Counted from the first letter of the stretch, positions 29,497 to 38,610 are shown. The stretch is 64,000 bases of DNA from Candidatus Bilamarchaeum dharawalense (GCA_902386555.1 CABMJJ010000009.1:345870-409869); one strand, 5' to 3'. Numbers and translations are program-made. The notes: a model not told the origin generated them from the letters alone.

Positions 29497-29556
29497 CGTT
29501 CACAAATAGATCAGAGTGATTATGCAGATAACTTTTATATACCTAAGGAATTTCCT

Positions 29557-30102
29557 TCATGAAAGAAAATTTTTAAACAAGTCTTCCATGCTGCAAACTT
29601 TACCAGGTGTTGCAAATTTGGATGGATCGTACAACCAGGGTCTGCAATCAATTTTGGATGGGGGAATTCCAGAAAGATCAGGGCCCTGATAGGTTGAATT
29701 TATAGTATAATTATTCTGAGGAATGGACACCCAGTCACAATCCTGGAACATTTTTCCACCAATACACCCCAGATAATGGGTGTTGGACTTGAAAACGCTG
29801 AGAGAGGAGTTGCATTTTGGATTCAGCCCTTGGAGTTCGGTTCTGAGTTCTTCACGACCGCGCATGTAAATTTTTAGAGTAATGGACCTGTTCTGTATTG
29901 ACGTTGAGATATCACATTCGAGGGGAATGCCAAGTGCACGCAGTGTTTCAAAATTTTTCCCAGCAATTTCATTTTGCAGCGTTTGATTGATGTCGTCTGG
30001 GGTAGAGGTTGTTATAGATAAAAAATAATATCCGAAGATGACAATTAGACCTAACACTAAAATTATCAAAATTAATTTCTGATCCATAATTAGTGAATGC
30101 AT
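29557..30102 (-). CDS. Small secreted/membrane-anchored cysteine-rich protein, paralog A
   Basis: 181 aa. N-terminal TM/signal. Conserved Cys pattern and C-terminal IDCRPWLYDPSKFATPGKVCSM shared with the next gene. Confidence 0.5.
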   Translation of the reverse strand: MHSLIMDQKLILIILVLGLIVIFGYYFLSITTSTPDDINQTLQNEIAGKNFETLRALGIPLECDISTSIQNRSITLKIYMRGREELRTELQGLNPKCNSSLSVFKSNTHYLGCIGGKMFQDCDWVSIPQNNYTINSTYQGPDLSGIPPSKIDCRPWLYDPSKFATPGKVCSMEDLFKNFLS

Positions 30103-30275
30103 CTAATGTTTAAAAACGGGAAGCCACCAACCAGAAGGAGGGATGGGTGGGTGGTATGGTGGCCCCCGTTATAAGCCTAAGTTTCATAACTTTTCATTAG
30201 ATCATCCATGCTGCAAACTTTACCAGGTGTTGCAAATTTGGATGGATCGTACAACCAGGGTCTGCAATCAATTTT
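29586..30275. repeat. 70-bp identical segment (ccatgctgcaaactttaccaggtgttgcaaatttggatggatcgtacaaccagggtctgcaatcaatttt) at 29586-29655 and 30206-30275
   Basis: Exact string match. It encodes the shared C-termini of two adjacent paralogous genes. Confidence 0.8.
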
Positions 30276-30830
30276 TGAAGTCGGAACATCGCTATAATCT
30301 GGGGTTTGGAAACTTCCAGCAACGCCCTGGTTTCCGTTGGATTGCTCGATCATAAGCCATTGACAACCTGGAAACATGGTGCCATCAGCACAACCAACAT
30401 AGTAGGTTTGACCTTTCATGATTCCTACCATCTTGGTACAGTCCCCGCTTGCTGCCGGAATTTCAGTTCGCATTTCCTGATTTCCCTTCATATAAATTTT
30501 AACATTCACAGTTTGCCCTTGGGAAGTTGAACTAACATCGCATTCAAGAGGAACACCCATGGCAGTTAAAGCTTCGAATGTTTTTCCTGCCAGATCATTG
30601 GAATTACCAGAAGTGGAACCGCCATTATTTGGCAAACCATTACCTGCCTGTGAACCAGCATCGGTTGGTAAACCAGAGCCAGTGGGTCCGGTTGTTTGAC
30701 CATTATCGCCAGGGGTTAAAGAGCAGCAACCAAAAACAAAAATCGAGGAGATAAGCAGAATTACTAAAATAAACTTTCCAACCATGTCTATGGAAACATG
30801 TTTAATGTTTAAAAAGCTACTGCGAAGCAA
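30177..30830 (-). CDS. Small secreted cysteine-rich protein, paralog B, with a Gly/Ser/Thr/Pro-rich low-complexity linker
   Basis: 217 aa. Same Cys framework and C-terminus as paralog A. 70-bp identical DNA segment. Confidence 0.5.
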   Translation of the reverse strand: MLRSSFLNIKHVSIDMVGKFILVILLISSIFVFGCCSLTPGDNGQTTGPTGSGLPTDAGSQAGNGLPNNGGSTSGNSNDLAGKTFEALTAMGVPLECDVSSTSQGQTVNVKIYMKGNQEMRTEIPAASGDCTKMVGIMKGQTYYVGCADGTMFPGCQWLMIEQSNGNQGVAGSFQTPDYSDVPTSKIDCRPWLYDPSKFATPGKVCSMDDLMKSYET

Positions 30831-30868
30831 ACTGCCGGTTTTTTATTTATTACAAAACCTAACTAGTT

Positions 30869-31792
30869 ATGTTGGAAACAAAATTCTTTAACAAAAAGAT
30901 CAAAAATCCGATTTTTCTTGCATCCGGTGTCCTGGGAATGACCAAAGGAAGTTTGGAAACTGCCTGCGACAATGGATGCGGTGGAGTGATTGCAAAATCA
31001 TTGACCATGGAACCTAGAAAAGGACACGAAGGACCTAATATTGTTGAGGTTGAGTGCGGCATCCTCAACGCCATGGGTTATCCAAATCCTGGAATTGACT
31101 ATGGCCTGAAAGAATTTGGAGGATGGGACCGAGAAGAAGCACTGGTTATCAGTATTGTTGGAAAGGATGCAAAAGAATTTGGGATGCTGGCAGAAAAAGT
31201 TGAAACGGTAAAAAAAGAACTTGGAGCAAGTGCGATTGAAGCTGCCATCTCCTGTCCGCATACGCCTGGATATGGAACCATGGCTGGACAGGGAACCCCT
31301 GAATCCGTTATGGAAATTGTTGGAGCGATAAGGGATAAATGCAAACTGCCTTTGATAGTAAAATTATCACCATCAATTCCAGGAGAAGGAAAGGCAGCAG
31401 AAGCTGCACAGAAAGCTGGTGCAGATGTAATAAACATGGGGAATTCGCTTGGCCCTGGGATGAAAATTGACATCAACAGAAAAAAACCAGTGTTGGGATT
31501 TGGCGTTGGTGGTTTGACTGGACCTGCAGTAAAACCAATAATTGTCAGATGTGTTTACGATATTTACAAAACAGTAAAGATTCCAATAATTGCAACCGGA
31601 GGAATAACAACCGGAGAGGATGCGGTGGAAATGATAATGGCCGGAGCAAGCTGGATAAGTGTTGGTAGTGCTGTATATTATAGAAGCCCGAAAGTTTTTG
31701 GTGAGATTGCAAAAGAAATGAAAAGCTGGATGGAATTGAACGGATACAAAAAATTAGCTGAACTAAAAGGTGCTGCACATGAAAAGATTTGA
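30869..31792 (+). CDS. pyrD: Dihydroorotate dehydrogenase catalytic subunit (class 1B)
   Basis: FMN-binding TIM-barrel motifs (ASGVLG..., GGITTGEDAVEMIMAGAS). 307 aa. 23-bp overlap with pyrK. Confidence 0.85.
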   Translation: MLETKFFNKKIKNPIFLASGVLGMTKGSLETACDNGCGGVIAKSLTMEPRKGHEGPNIVEVECGILNAMGYPNPGIDYGLKEFGGWDREEALVISIVGKDAKEFGMLAEKVETVKKELGASAIEAAISCPHTPGYGTMAGQGTPESVMEIVGAIRDKCKLPLIVKLSPSIPGEGKAAEAAQKAGADVINMGNSLGPGMKIDINRKKPVLGFGVGGLTGPAVKPIIVRCVYDIYKTVKIPIIATGGITTGEDAVEMIMAGASWISVGSAVYYRSPKVFGEIAKEMKSWMELNGYKKLAELKGAAHEKI

Positions 31793-32582
31793 AATCAACA
31801 ATAAAATTTACACCAATAAAATCCGGAAGGTCATAGGTGAAAATTATCGTGTTAAATCCATTGAAATAGACCACGATATGACCAAGGCGCTGCCTGGCCA
31901 GTTTATCATGATTTGGCTTCCAGGGATTGGTGAGAGGCCAATGAGCATCGGGAATAATGTTCCATTGACCATCTCTGTGGCAAACGTGGGAAACATTTCT
32001 GGAGAAATTTGTAAACTAAAAGCAGGCGATAAACTTTCCTACAGAGGACCATATGGGAAACCTTTCAGCGTACCTGAAAAAGCAAAACAAATTCTGGTTG
32101 TCGGTGGGGGATATGGAATTGTACCCATGTATTTTCTTGCTAAAGCTGCCAGGGAAAGCGAAATAGAACCTTTTGCAGTTGTTGGTGGAAAAACAGAAAA
32201 AGACCTGATCTATCAAAAACCTCTGTTTGCTGTGTGTAAAGAAGTTTTCATTACAACGGATGATGGATCAAAAGGAAGAAAAGGAAATGTCATGGTGGAA
32301 GTTGATGATCTTCTTCAAAAGAAAAAATTCGATTGTGTTTATGCCTGTGGACCAGAGAAGATGATGTATTTTGTTGCCCAGGCATGCAGGAAGCAGAACA
32401 TTCCATGTCAGGTTAGTTTAGAGAGATACATGAAGTGTGGTACTGGTGTCTGTGGATCCTGTGCGATAAATGGAAAATTCACCTGTGTAGACGGACCAGT
32501 TTTCACTGCAGAGGAAGCGTTTGCAGCATCTGAATTTGGGAAAAAACATAGGGATGCCACTGGACAGGCTAAGGATTGGTAG
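31770..32582 (+). CDS. pyrK: Dihydroorotate dehydrogenase electron transfer subunit
   Basis: FAD/NAD-binding fold plus a C-terminal 2Fe-2S cysteine cluster (CGTGVCGSC). 270 aa. Confidence 0.8.
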   Translation: MLHMKRFEINNKIYTNKIRKVIGENYRVKSIEIDHDMTKALPGQFIMIWLPGIGERPMSIGNNVPLTISVANVGNISGEICKLKAGDKLSYRGPYGKPFSVPEKAKQILVVGGGYGIVPMYFLAKAARESEIEPFAVVGGKTEKDLIYQKPLFAVCKEVFITTDDGSKGRKGNVMVEVDDLLQKKKFDCVYACGPEKMMYFVAQACRKQNIPCQVSLERYMKCGTGVCGSCAINGKFTCVDGPVFTAEEAFAASEFGKKHRDATGQAKDW

Positions 32583-32584
32583 GG

Positions 32585-33040
32585 CTATTTGATTGCTTGT
32601 AAAAAACCAATAAATTCATCAACAAAACCAGGTAGCTGTGCAACCTCAGTAAAAACCCTATCAAAAACAGGAACTATTTGACGAAGATGGGCTTCCAATG
32701 CCGAACGAATATCCAGGACGCCGTCATGAAGCCTTAGTATTGGTTTTTGAAATGCAGACAGCCAACCCTCTTCAATGCGAACACCGTGGGAATCGCCTGG
32801 AATCAGTATGGCACCTGTACAACTACGTACCCAATTTAGGTCACGCATAACTATTCCGGGGTTTGGATCTGCCTTCCATCCTTCTTCTCTAAGCGCACAG
32901 AAAGTTTTTACACCTCGGACTGTCGCTGCTCCTTCTATGGTTTCGATAATGCTCTTTAATCGTAAAAGCTCTGATGGATGTTTGTTTGATATTGGTGTGG
33001 CTAGGAATAGGGTCGTTGGGGCTAACTTGATAGTGGCCAT
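32585..33040 (-). CDS. Nucleoside 2-deoxyribosyltransferase/LOG-like Rossmann protein
   Basis: C-terminal PGDSHGVRIEEGWLSAFQKPI resembles the GT-x-E-x-G...KP motif of the NDT/LOG superfamily. I set the start at M41 of the track ORF (cat at 33038-33040). Confidence 0.4.
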   Translation of the reverse strand: MATIKLAPTTLFLATPISNKHPSELLRLKSIIETIEGAATVRGVKTFCALREEGWKADPNPGIVMRDLNWVRSCTGAILIPGDSHGVRIEEGWLSAFQKPILRLHDGVLDIRSALEAHLRQIVPVFDRVFTEVAQLPGFVDEFIGFLQAIK

Positions 33041-33124
33041 TAATTGTATAATGTGTTGTGAGTATATAAAATATAACAAAGAAAAATTAGCAAAAACACA
33101 ATATATTAAAGTTATATTGTAAAA

Positions 33125-34090
33125 ATGCATAATATGAAGATGGACACCACTGACAAACACCTACTTTATCTTTTGGATCAAAACGCGCGTATGTCCTTGA
33201 CCAAACTTGGTTCGGAACTACAAATTTCACGAGAGTCGGTAAATTACAGAATTAAAAAGCTTCAGAGAAATAAAATCATCAAAACATTTGTTACAAAGCT
33301 TAATTTTGACAGATTAGGATTGATCAACTACGTCGTATACTTGAAACTTAACAATCTGCATGCAAAGGAATACGAGAAACTTGTAACTGAGCTGTCTGAA
33401 AAAAAGTACATTGTTTGGTTGGCTTCCATTGGGGGAAAATTCGATTTAGTATTGGAAATCGCAGCAGCATCACTAGCTGAGTTTGATGGACATTATTCTG
33501 AGTTGATCCATAAACATTCTAACCAAATAGGTAGTTGTTACGTGTCCATAAGAGTATCCCAACACACTTTTGGAAAGAAGTACCTGTGGCCGGAAAGAAC
33601 AACATCGCAAGAGGTAAAGAGCGAGACGGCCCTAGTTAAAATAGATGATATAGATAGAAAATTAATAACTGCAATGACAGAGAATGCACGATTGAGTGTA
33701 ATGGAAATAGGCAACCGAACAAAGATCCCGCCAAGCACGGTTGCATTTAGATTAAAACAACTAGAACGCAGTGGGATAATAGATGGATATTTTGTATTTT
33801 CAAAACTGAACGATTACGGGTATAGTAGGTATAAATGCTTGGTCACGGTGAGAAATTTCTCAAAACAAGATGAAGAAAAGTTATTGAAATTTTGTCGCAC
33901 GCACGAAGATATTTACTATTATGCAAAAACCCTGGTAAATTGGAATTTTGAAATAGAGGTGGATGTCAAAACACCCATGGAATACCAACAATTTTTAATA
34001 GAGTTTAGAAACAACTTCAACGAGATGATCCAGGATACGGAATCCCTATCGATTTTTGAGGAACATAAGTTCAAGTTTTGGCCGTACTGA
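33125..34090 (+). CDS. Lrp/AsnC-family transcription regulator with two complete HTH+RAM units fused in tandem
   Basis: Two HTH_AsnC-like segments (LLDQNARMSLTKLGSELQISRESVNYRIKKL and LITAMTENARLSVMEIGNRTKIPPSTVAFRLKQL), each followed by a RAM-like region. 321 aa. Confidence 0.7.
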   Translation: MHNMKMDTTDKHLLYLLDQNARMSLTKLGSELQISRESVNYRIKKLQRNKIIKTFVTKLNFDRLGLINYVVYLKLNNLHAKEYEKLVTELSEKKYIVWLASIGGKFDLVLEIAAASLAEFDGHYSELIHKHSNQIGSCYVSIRVSQHTFGKKYLWPERTTSQEVKSETALVKIDDIDRKLITAMTENARLSVMEIGNRTKIPPSTVAFRLKQLERSGIIDGYFVFSKLNDYGYSRYKCLVTVRNFSKQDEEKLLKFCRTHEDIYYYAKTLVNWNFEIEVDVKTPMEYQQFLIEFRNNFNEMIQDTESLSIFEEHKFKFWPY

Positions 34091-34150
34091 ACGATCTACC
34101 AAAAAATTTGTAGTTACTAATAAATAGGTAGAGCCGGATAATAGAATCCT

Positions 34151-34777
34151 ATGACTATTCAAAAGGCAATGACCGAGCTTAGAAAAGGTAATTTTGTTTT
34201 AGTTTATGATGGAGATGACAGAGAGGGAGAAGCAGACCTGATAATGGCTGCCAAATTTATCACACCGGAAAAAATTGAAACCATGCGAAAGGACGGTGGA
34301 GGACTTATTTGTGCTGCCATCAACAAACAAAAAGCAGATGAAATCGGTTTGCCATTTTTTACAGACCTCGTCGAAAGCGGCAACTCCAATCTGGTAAAAA
34401 TGAGTTGTAGAAAAACCGCCTATGGTGACAAACCAGCTTTTTCCATTCCAATAAATCACAACGGGGTGTACACCGGTATAACTGATAAGGATCGGGCACT
34501 TACACTAACCAGGCTTAATGAAGTGATAACGAAAAAAATCAAAAGTTTCACAAAGGAATTTTACACCCCGGGCCATATTTTTCTTCTCATTGGTCGTGGA
34601 CTGAAAAACAGGAGAGGACATACGGAACTTGCCCTGGAACTGGGAAAGCAGGCGAATTTTGAAGTTATGGTATTATGCGAAATGCTTGGAAAGAAAAATG
34701 CACTTTCCAAAAATGATGCAAAAAAATATGCAAAAAATCACGGTTTGGTATTTATCGAAGGAAAGGAGATCGGGTGA
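34151..34777 (+). CDS. ribB: 3,4-dihydroxy-2-butanone 4-phosphate synthase (archaeal type)
   Basis: VYDGDDREGEADLIMAAKFITPE motif and GGLICAA. 208 aa. Confidence 0.85.
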   Translation: MTIQKAMTELRKGNFVLVYDGDDREGEADLIMAAKFITPEKIETMRKDGGGLICAAINKQKADEIGLPFFTDLVESGNSNLVKMSCRKTAYGDKPAFSIPINHNGVYTGITDKDRALTLTRLNEVITKKIKSFTKEFYTPGHIFLLIGRGLKNRRGHTELALELGKQANFEVMVLCEMLGKKNALSKNDAKKYAKNHGLVFIEGKEIG

Positions 34778-34781
34778 TATT

Positions 34782-35672
34782 ATGGTAAAAATAGGCATAG
34801 TTGATACAACTTTTGCCAGGGTAAATATGGGAGAGATAGCCCTGGATGAATTGAAAAAATTTCCAAATGTCGAAACAGAACGAAGAACTGTTCCGGGCAT
34901 AAAAGATCTTCCAGTGGAATGTAAGATTTTACTGGAAAAATGCGATGTTTGCATTGCATTGGGAATGGTTGGTGGTGCTCCCATAGACCAACAGTGCGGT
35001 CATGAAGCCTCACTTGGAATTCAACAGGCTAAACTGATGACAAACAAACATATCATAGAGGTTTTTGTTCATGAAAACGAAGGGTGGAATGAAGCTGAGT
35101 TGAAAGAGATATTTGAAAACCGCATAAGAAAACATGCACGCAATGCAATGGTGTTGGCTACAAAACCAGAGGAGCTTGTCAAACTTGCAGGAAAAGGAAT
35201 TCGACAGGGTAAAGAAGATGAAGGCGGATTGGATGATGAAAAAGCAACAGTGATTGGGATTGTTGTTTCTGAATTCAATGAGGATATAACAGAACGAATG
35301 GAAGACAGGGCAGTGGAGATTATCAAAGAAGAGAACATTTCTGCAAAAATTATCCACGTACCTGGAGTCTATGACATGCCACTGGTGGTAAAAAAACTTC
35401 TTATGGATAAAAAAATTGACGGAGTAATTACACTGGGAGCAGTAGTAAAAGGAGAAACTGCTCACGATGAAGTAATAACAAAGGATGTTGCAAAAAGACT
35501 GGGCGAACTTTCTCTGGAATTTAGAAAACCAGTTACGCTTGGTATAATAGGGCATAATGCAGAACAGGAAATAGCAGAGGAACGAGCAGAAGAGTATGCA
35601 GAACGGGCAGTCAGGGCGGTTATTGATTTAATAGAAATTTTGAAAGACGACGTTGTGAAGCAAGTTTCATGA
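34782..35672 (+). CDS. ribH: In-frame fusion of an archaeal-type riboflavin synthase (RibC-like) and 6,7-dimethyl-8-ribityllumazine synthase (RibH)
   Basis: N-terminal 150 aa: MVKIGIVDTTFARV...HEASLG...LMTNKHIIEVFVHE (archaeal RibC signature). C-terminal 145 aa: IGIVVSEFNEDIT...VPGVYDMPLVVKKLL...GETAHDEVI (RibH signature). There is no stop between them. I chose the ATG at 34782 because the track ORF start at 34629 overlaps ribB. Confidence 0.7.
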   Translation: MVKIGIVDTTFARVNMGEIALDELKKFPNVETERRTVPGIKDLPVECKILLEKCDVCIALGMVGGAPIDQQCGHEASLGIQQAKLMTNKHIIEVFVHENEGWNEAELKEIFENRIRKHARNAMVLATKPEELVKLAGKGIRQGKEDEGGLDDEKATVIGIVVSEFNEDITERMEDRAVEIIKEENISAKIIHVPGVYDMPLVVKKLLMDKKIDGVITLGAVVKGETAHDEVITKDVAKRLGELSLEFRKPVTLGIIGHNAEQEIAEERAEEYAERAVRAVIDLIEILKDDVVKQVS

Positions 35673-35696
35673 GTCCATTGAAACAGGAGGTAGAGT

Positions 35697-36275
35697 ATGA
35701 TAACTAAAGCAGCTGAGGCAGCATTACCAACACAATATGGAAAATTCAGAGTGCATGCATTTGTTGATGGTAAAGGAAAAGAACATCTTGCACTGGTAAG
35801 ATGCGAGCATAGACCACATGGTGCAGTACCAGTCCGAGTACATTCGAAATGTCTAACCGGAGATACGCTAACCTCGCTAAGGTGCGATTGTAGAGCACAG
35901 CTCAAGGCTTCCATGAAATATATTGAAAAGCACAAATGCGGAATTTTGATTTATCTTGATCAGGAAGGTAGAGGGATAGGACTTGCCAATAAGATCAAAG
36001 CCTATGCTCTACAGGAACAGGGAATGGACACCATAGAGGCAAATGTTCATCTTGGATTTAAGGAGGATATGCGCGATTTTTCCATTGCGGCTGACATTTT
36101 GAAATATTTTGGAGTGAAGGAAATTGCATTGATCACAAACAATCCTGAAAAGATAAAACAGATGAAAAAATATGGAATAGCGGTAGTTAAAAGAATCCCC
36201 ATCATTATCAAAGCAAACAAATACAACAAGAAATACCTCGATACAAAAAGAGAGAAGATGAAGCATCTGCTGTGA
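35697..36275 (+). CDS. ribA: GTP cyclohydrolase II (bacterial-type RibA)
   Basis: Zinc/catalytic motif SKCLTGDTLTSLRCDCRAQL and GRGIGLANK. 192 aa. Confidence 0.8.
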   Translation: MITKAAEAALPTQYGKFRVHAFVDGKGKEHLALVRCEHRPHGAVPVRVHSKCLTGDTLTSLRCDCRAQLKASMKYIEKHKCGILIYLDQEGRGIGLANKIKAYALQEQGMDTIEANVHLGFKEDMRDFSIAADILKYFGVKEIALITNNPEKIKQMKKYGIAVVKRIPIIIKANKYNKKYLDTKREKMKHLL

Positions 36276-36279
36276 TACC

Positions 36280-37371
36280 ATGGAAGATACAATGCATTTG
36301 GCAATTTCGCTTGCTAGAAGAGCCAACCCATCACCAAATCCTCATGTTGGTGCAGTGTTGATAAAGCAGGAGGAAATAATAGGGCAAGGATTTCACAAAA
36401 AAGCAGGATTGCCACATGCTGAAATTGAAGCCATAAATGATGCTAAAAAAAGAGGATATGATACGATCGGTTCGACGTTATATGTTACCCTGGAACCGTG
36501 TGCACATCATGGAAAGAGAACCCCACCCTGTGTTCCTGCAATAATTAAAGCCGGAATAAGAAAGGTTGTTTGCGCAATGAAAGATCCCAATCCAAAAGTT
36601 AATGGAAAGGGTATCGAAGCATTGGAAAATGCCGGAATAGCAGTTAAAGTTGGAAGTTATGAAGATGAAGCAAAAATGCTGAATGATGTTTACATTAAAC
36701 AAATAACCACCGGCCTTCCATTTGTAACAATGAAAGTTGCTGTGAGCCTGGATGGGAAAATAGCAACAAGAACAGGCGATTCAAAATGGATTTCAAGCGA
36801 AGCATCCAGAAGACTTGTTGGTGCAATGCGAGACAGACACGATGGAGTTATGGTGGGTATTGGAACGATTTTGAAGGACAACCCAAGACTAACCTGTAGA
36901 ATGAAAGGCTGCCGTGACCCAGTAAGAATAATTGTTGATTCAAAATTGAGAATTCCCTTGGATGTGAATGTATTGAAACGACCAAATGGAATGGTGGTTA
37001 TTGGCTGCGGAAATGACTTCGACAGAAGCAAAAAAGCAAAACTTGAAAGGATAGGTGCTCGAGTTTTTGTTGCAGCACAAGAGGATGGTGAAGTGGATTT
37101 GAAAAAATTCATGAAACAACTCTCAGATTATGGAATAACCTCAATTTTATTAGAAGGCGGAAGTGCATTGGATGGTGCAATGGTGGATGCCAAACTGGTC
37201 GATAAATTTTCTATTTTTGTAGCTCCAAAAATAATAGGCGGCCAGGATGCCAAGGGTCCCATAGGTGGCATTGGTGCGGCGCTGGTAAAAAATTCCATTG
37301 TTTTGAAAAACCTGAAAGTGGAACAGGTGGGAACAGACTATTTTTTTGAAGGCTATGCGGACTATCGTTAA
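36280..37371 (+). CDS. ribD: Bifunctional riboflavin biosynthesis deaminase/reductase RibD
   Basis: Cytidine-deaminase zinc motifs HAEIEAI and PCAHHGKRTPPC, followed by a reductase domain with a C-terminal GG-rich region. 363 aa. Confidence 0.85.
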   Translation: MEDTMHLAISLARRANPSPNPHVGAVLIKQEEIIGQGFHKKAGLPHAEIEAINDAKKRGYDTIGSTLYVTLEPCAHHGKRTPPCVPAIIKAGIRKVVCAMKDPNPKVNGKGIEALENAGIAVKVGSYEDEAKMLNDVYIKQITTGLPFVTMKVAVSLDGKIATRTGDSKWISSEASRRLVGAMRDRHDGVMVGIGTILKDNPRLTCRMKGCRDPVRIIVDSKLRIPLDVNVLKRPNGMVVIGCGNDFDRSKKAKLERIGARVFVAAQEDGEVDLKKFMKQLSDYGITSILLEGGSALDGAMVDAKLVDKFSIFVAPKIIGGQDAKGPIGGIGAALVKNSIVLKNLKVEQVGTDYFFEGYADYR

Positions 37372-38537
37372 TTGCTAATATTTTGATAGGTTTTATTGAG
37401 AACAGCATAATTCCTGAAAACAAACCAGCCATCAGACTCAACAGAATTGTTTATTTGTTTCCAAACTTTCTCAAATGCAGGATAGGTTGCGATTTGAGGG
37501 GAATAGAGAAGGGCTGGAAGAGCAGTGAGATTGTATTTGCCTATAAGAGTTTTGGCTTCTGAAGAATTGGAATCGTAATTGGTTTCGTTGTCGATGTAGA
37601 GCCCAGCAGACTCGGATAGGTAATAGCCAAGTTCGTGGATATCAAAACAATCTTTACAGCTACTATTGTACAAGTAGATCACATTCACAACCCCGTGAAT
37701 TTCGTGGGTGGGTAGTTCAACATAGGGTGGCTTAACTTCACGTAAAACAAACCAGCCATTTTCGATTGTACCAAGAACAGAAATTTGAGCAAAAATTGGA
37801 TAGACAGCTGCATCCTCACTTAACAAAAGAACTGGAAGTTTTGTTATGTTGTAGGTTTGAATTAGTACCTGTGCTTCTGGATCAGATTCGTTGAGGATGG
37901 TTTGGCTGGTGAAGACCATGGCGATCTGAGGATCTTCAAGTCCTGGCATAAATTCAGTGGCATCAAGACAATAGCTGCAATTGGAAGCCTGGATGGCAAT
38001 TCCTTTGATAAGACCCATGGGTTTGGCAGCCGTAATGTTATAGAATGGTGGATAGGGATATCTGGATACCAGAGTACCGTCCGGCTCCACTGACCCGGCA
38101 CTTTTGTTCCATAGGGCAACAAAATCAGGATCTGCTGCACTATCACCAATAACAACCAGGGAAGGCAGTTCGGTTATGTTATACTCAGAAATAATCATAT
38201 TCGCATCTTCAGAAGGATAGGAAATATTTTGCACAGATGATAAATAAATTTTTGTAGAATTGGAAATGATTGTTTTTGTTTGCTCGACCCCAATATCACC
38301 AAAATTACACTCTGCACATGGTGCATTGATAACCACTAATACAACTGGCATTTTCGTAGGTGTTTCTGGAGTTAGGTTTTGAGGTGGCGGGGAATTGTTT
38401 TGGGGAAGGGAAATATTTGGTTGCTGGATTTGTGGGGTGTTTGGCTGAAGAAACATGAATATAACTAGCCCAATAATTGCACCCAAAAGGATCCAAATAA
38501 GCACAGTAATATAGGGTTTCATAGAATAACGTGTCAA
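37368..38537 (-). CDS. Secreted protein with three tandem thioredoxin-like repeats, each carrying a CxxC motif; heavily sequon-decorated
   Basis: Signal peptide and Pro-rich linker. Repeats carry CAEC, CSYC and CKDC with conserved YNITELPSLV / YNITKLPVLL / YNLTALPALL segments. 389 aa. Confidence 0.55.
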   Translation of the reverse strand: MTRYSMKPYITVLIWILLGAIIGLVIFMFLQPNTPQIQQPNISLPQNNSPPPQNLTPETPTKMPVVLVVINAPCAECNFGDIGVEQTKTIISNSTKIYLSSVQNISYPSEDANMIISEYNITELPSLVVIGDSAADPDFVALWNKSAGSVEPDGTLVSRYPYPPFYNITAAKPMGLIKGIAIQASNCSYCLDATEFMPGLEDPQIAMVFTSQTILNESDPEAQVLIQTYNITKLPVLLLSEDAAVYPIFAQISVLGTIENGWFVLREVKPPYVELPTHEIHGVVNVIYLYNSSCKDCFDIHELGYYLSESAGLYIDNETNYDSNSSEAKTLIGKYNLTALPALLYSPQIATYPAFEKVWKQINNSVESDGWFVFRNYAVLNKTYQNISN

Positions 38538-38610
38538 AGCGATATTTTTAAATTGATGACTATAATAAAAGAAAACACAATCAAATGCTTATTTTTATTT
38601 TTGTGATTTT

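Noticed and set aside
33041-33160. N-terminal 40 aa of track ORF 32585-33160
   Set aside because: The extension reads through the AT-rich divergent promoter (odd FYNITLIYCVF sequence) and overlaps the Lrp gene start. The internal Met at 33040 gives a compact NDT/LOG-like protein.
34629-34781. 5' extension of the ribC-ribH ORF overlapping ribB by about 150 bp
   Set aside because: The frame is open only by chance within the ribB 3' end. The archaeal RibC signature begins exactly at the ATG at 34782, which directly follows the ribB stop.
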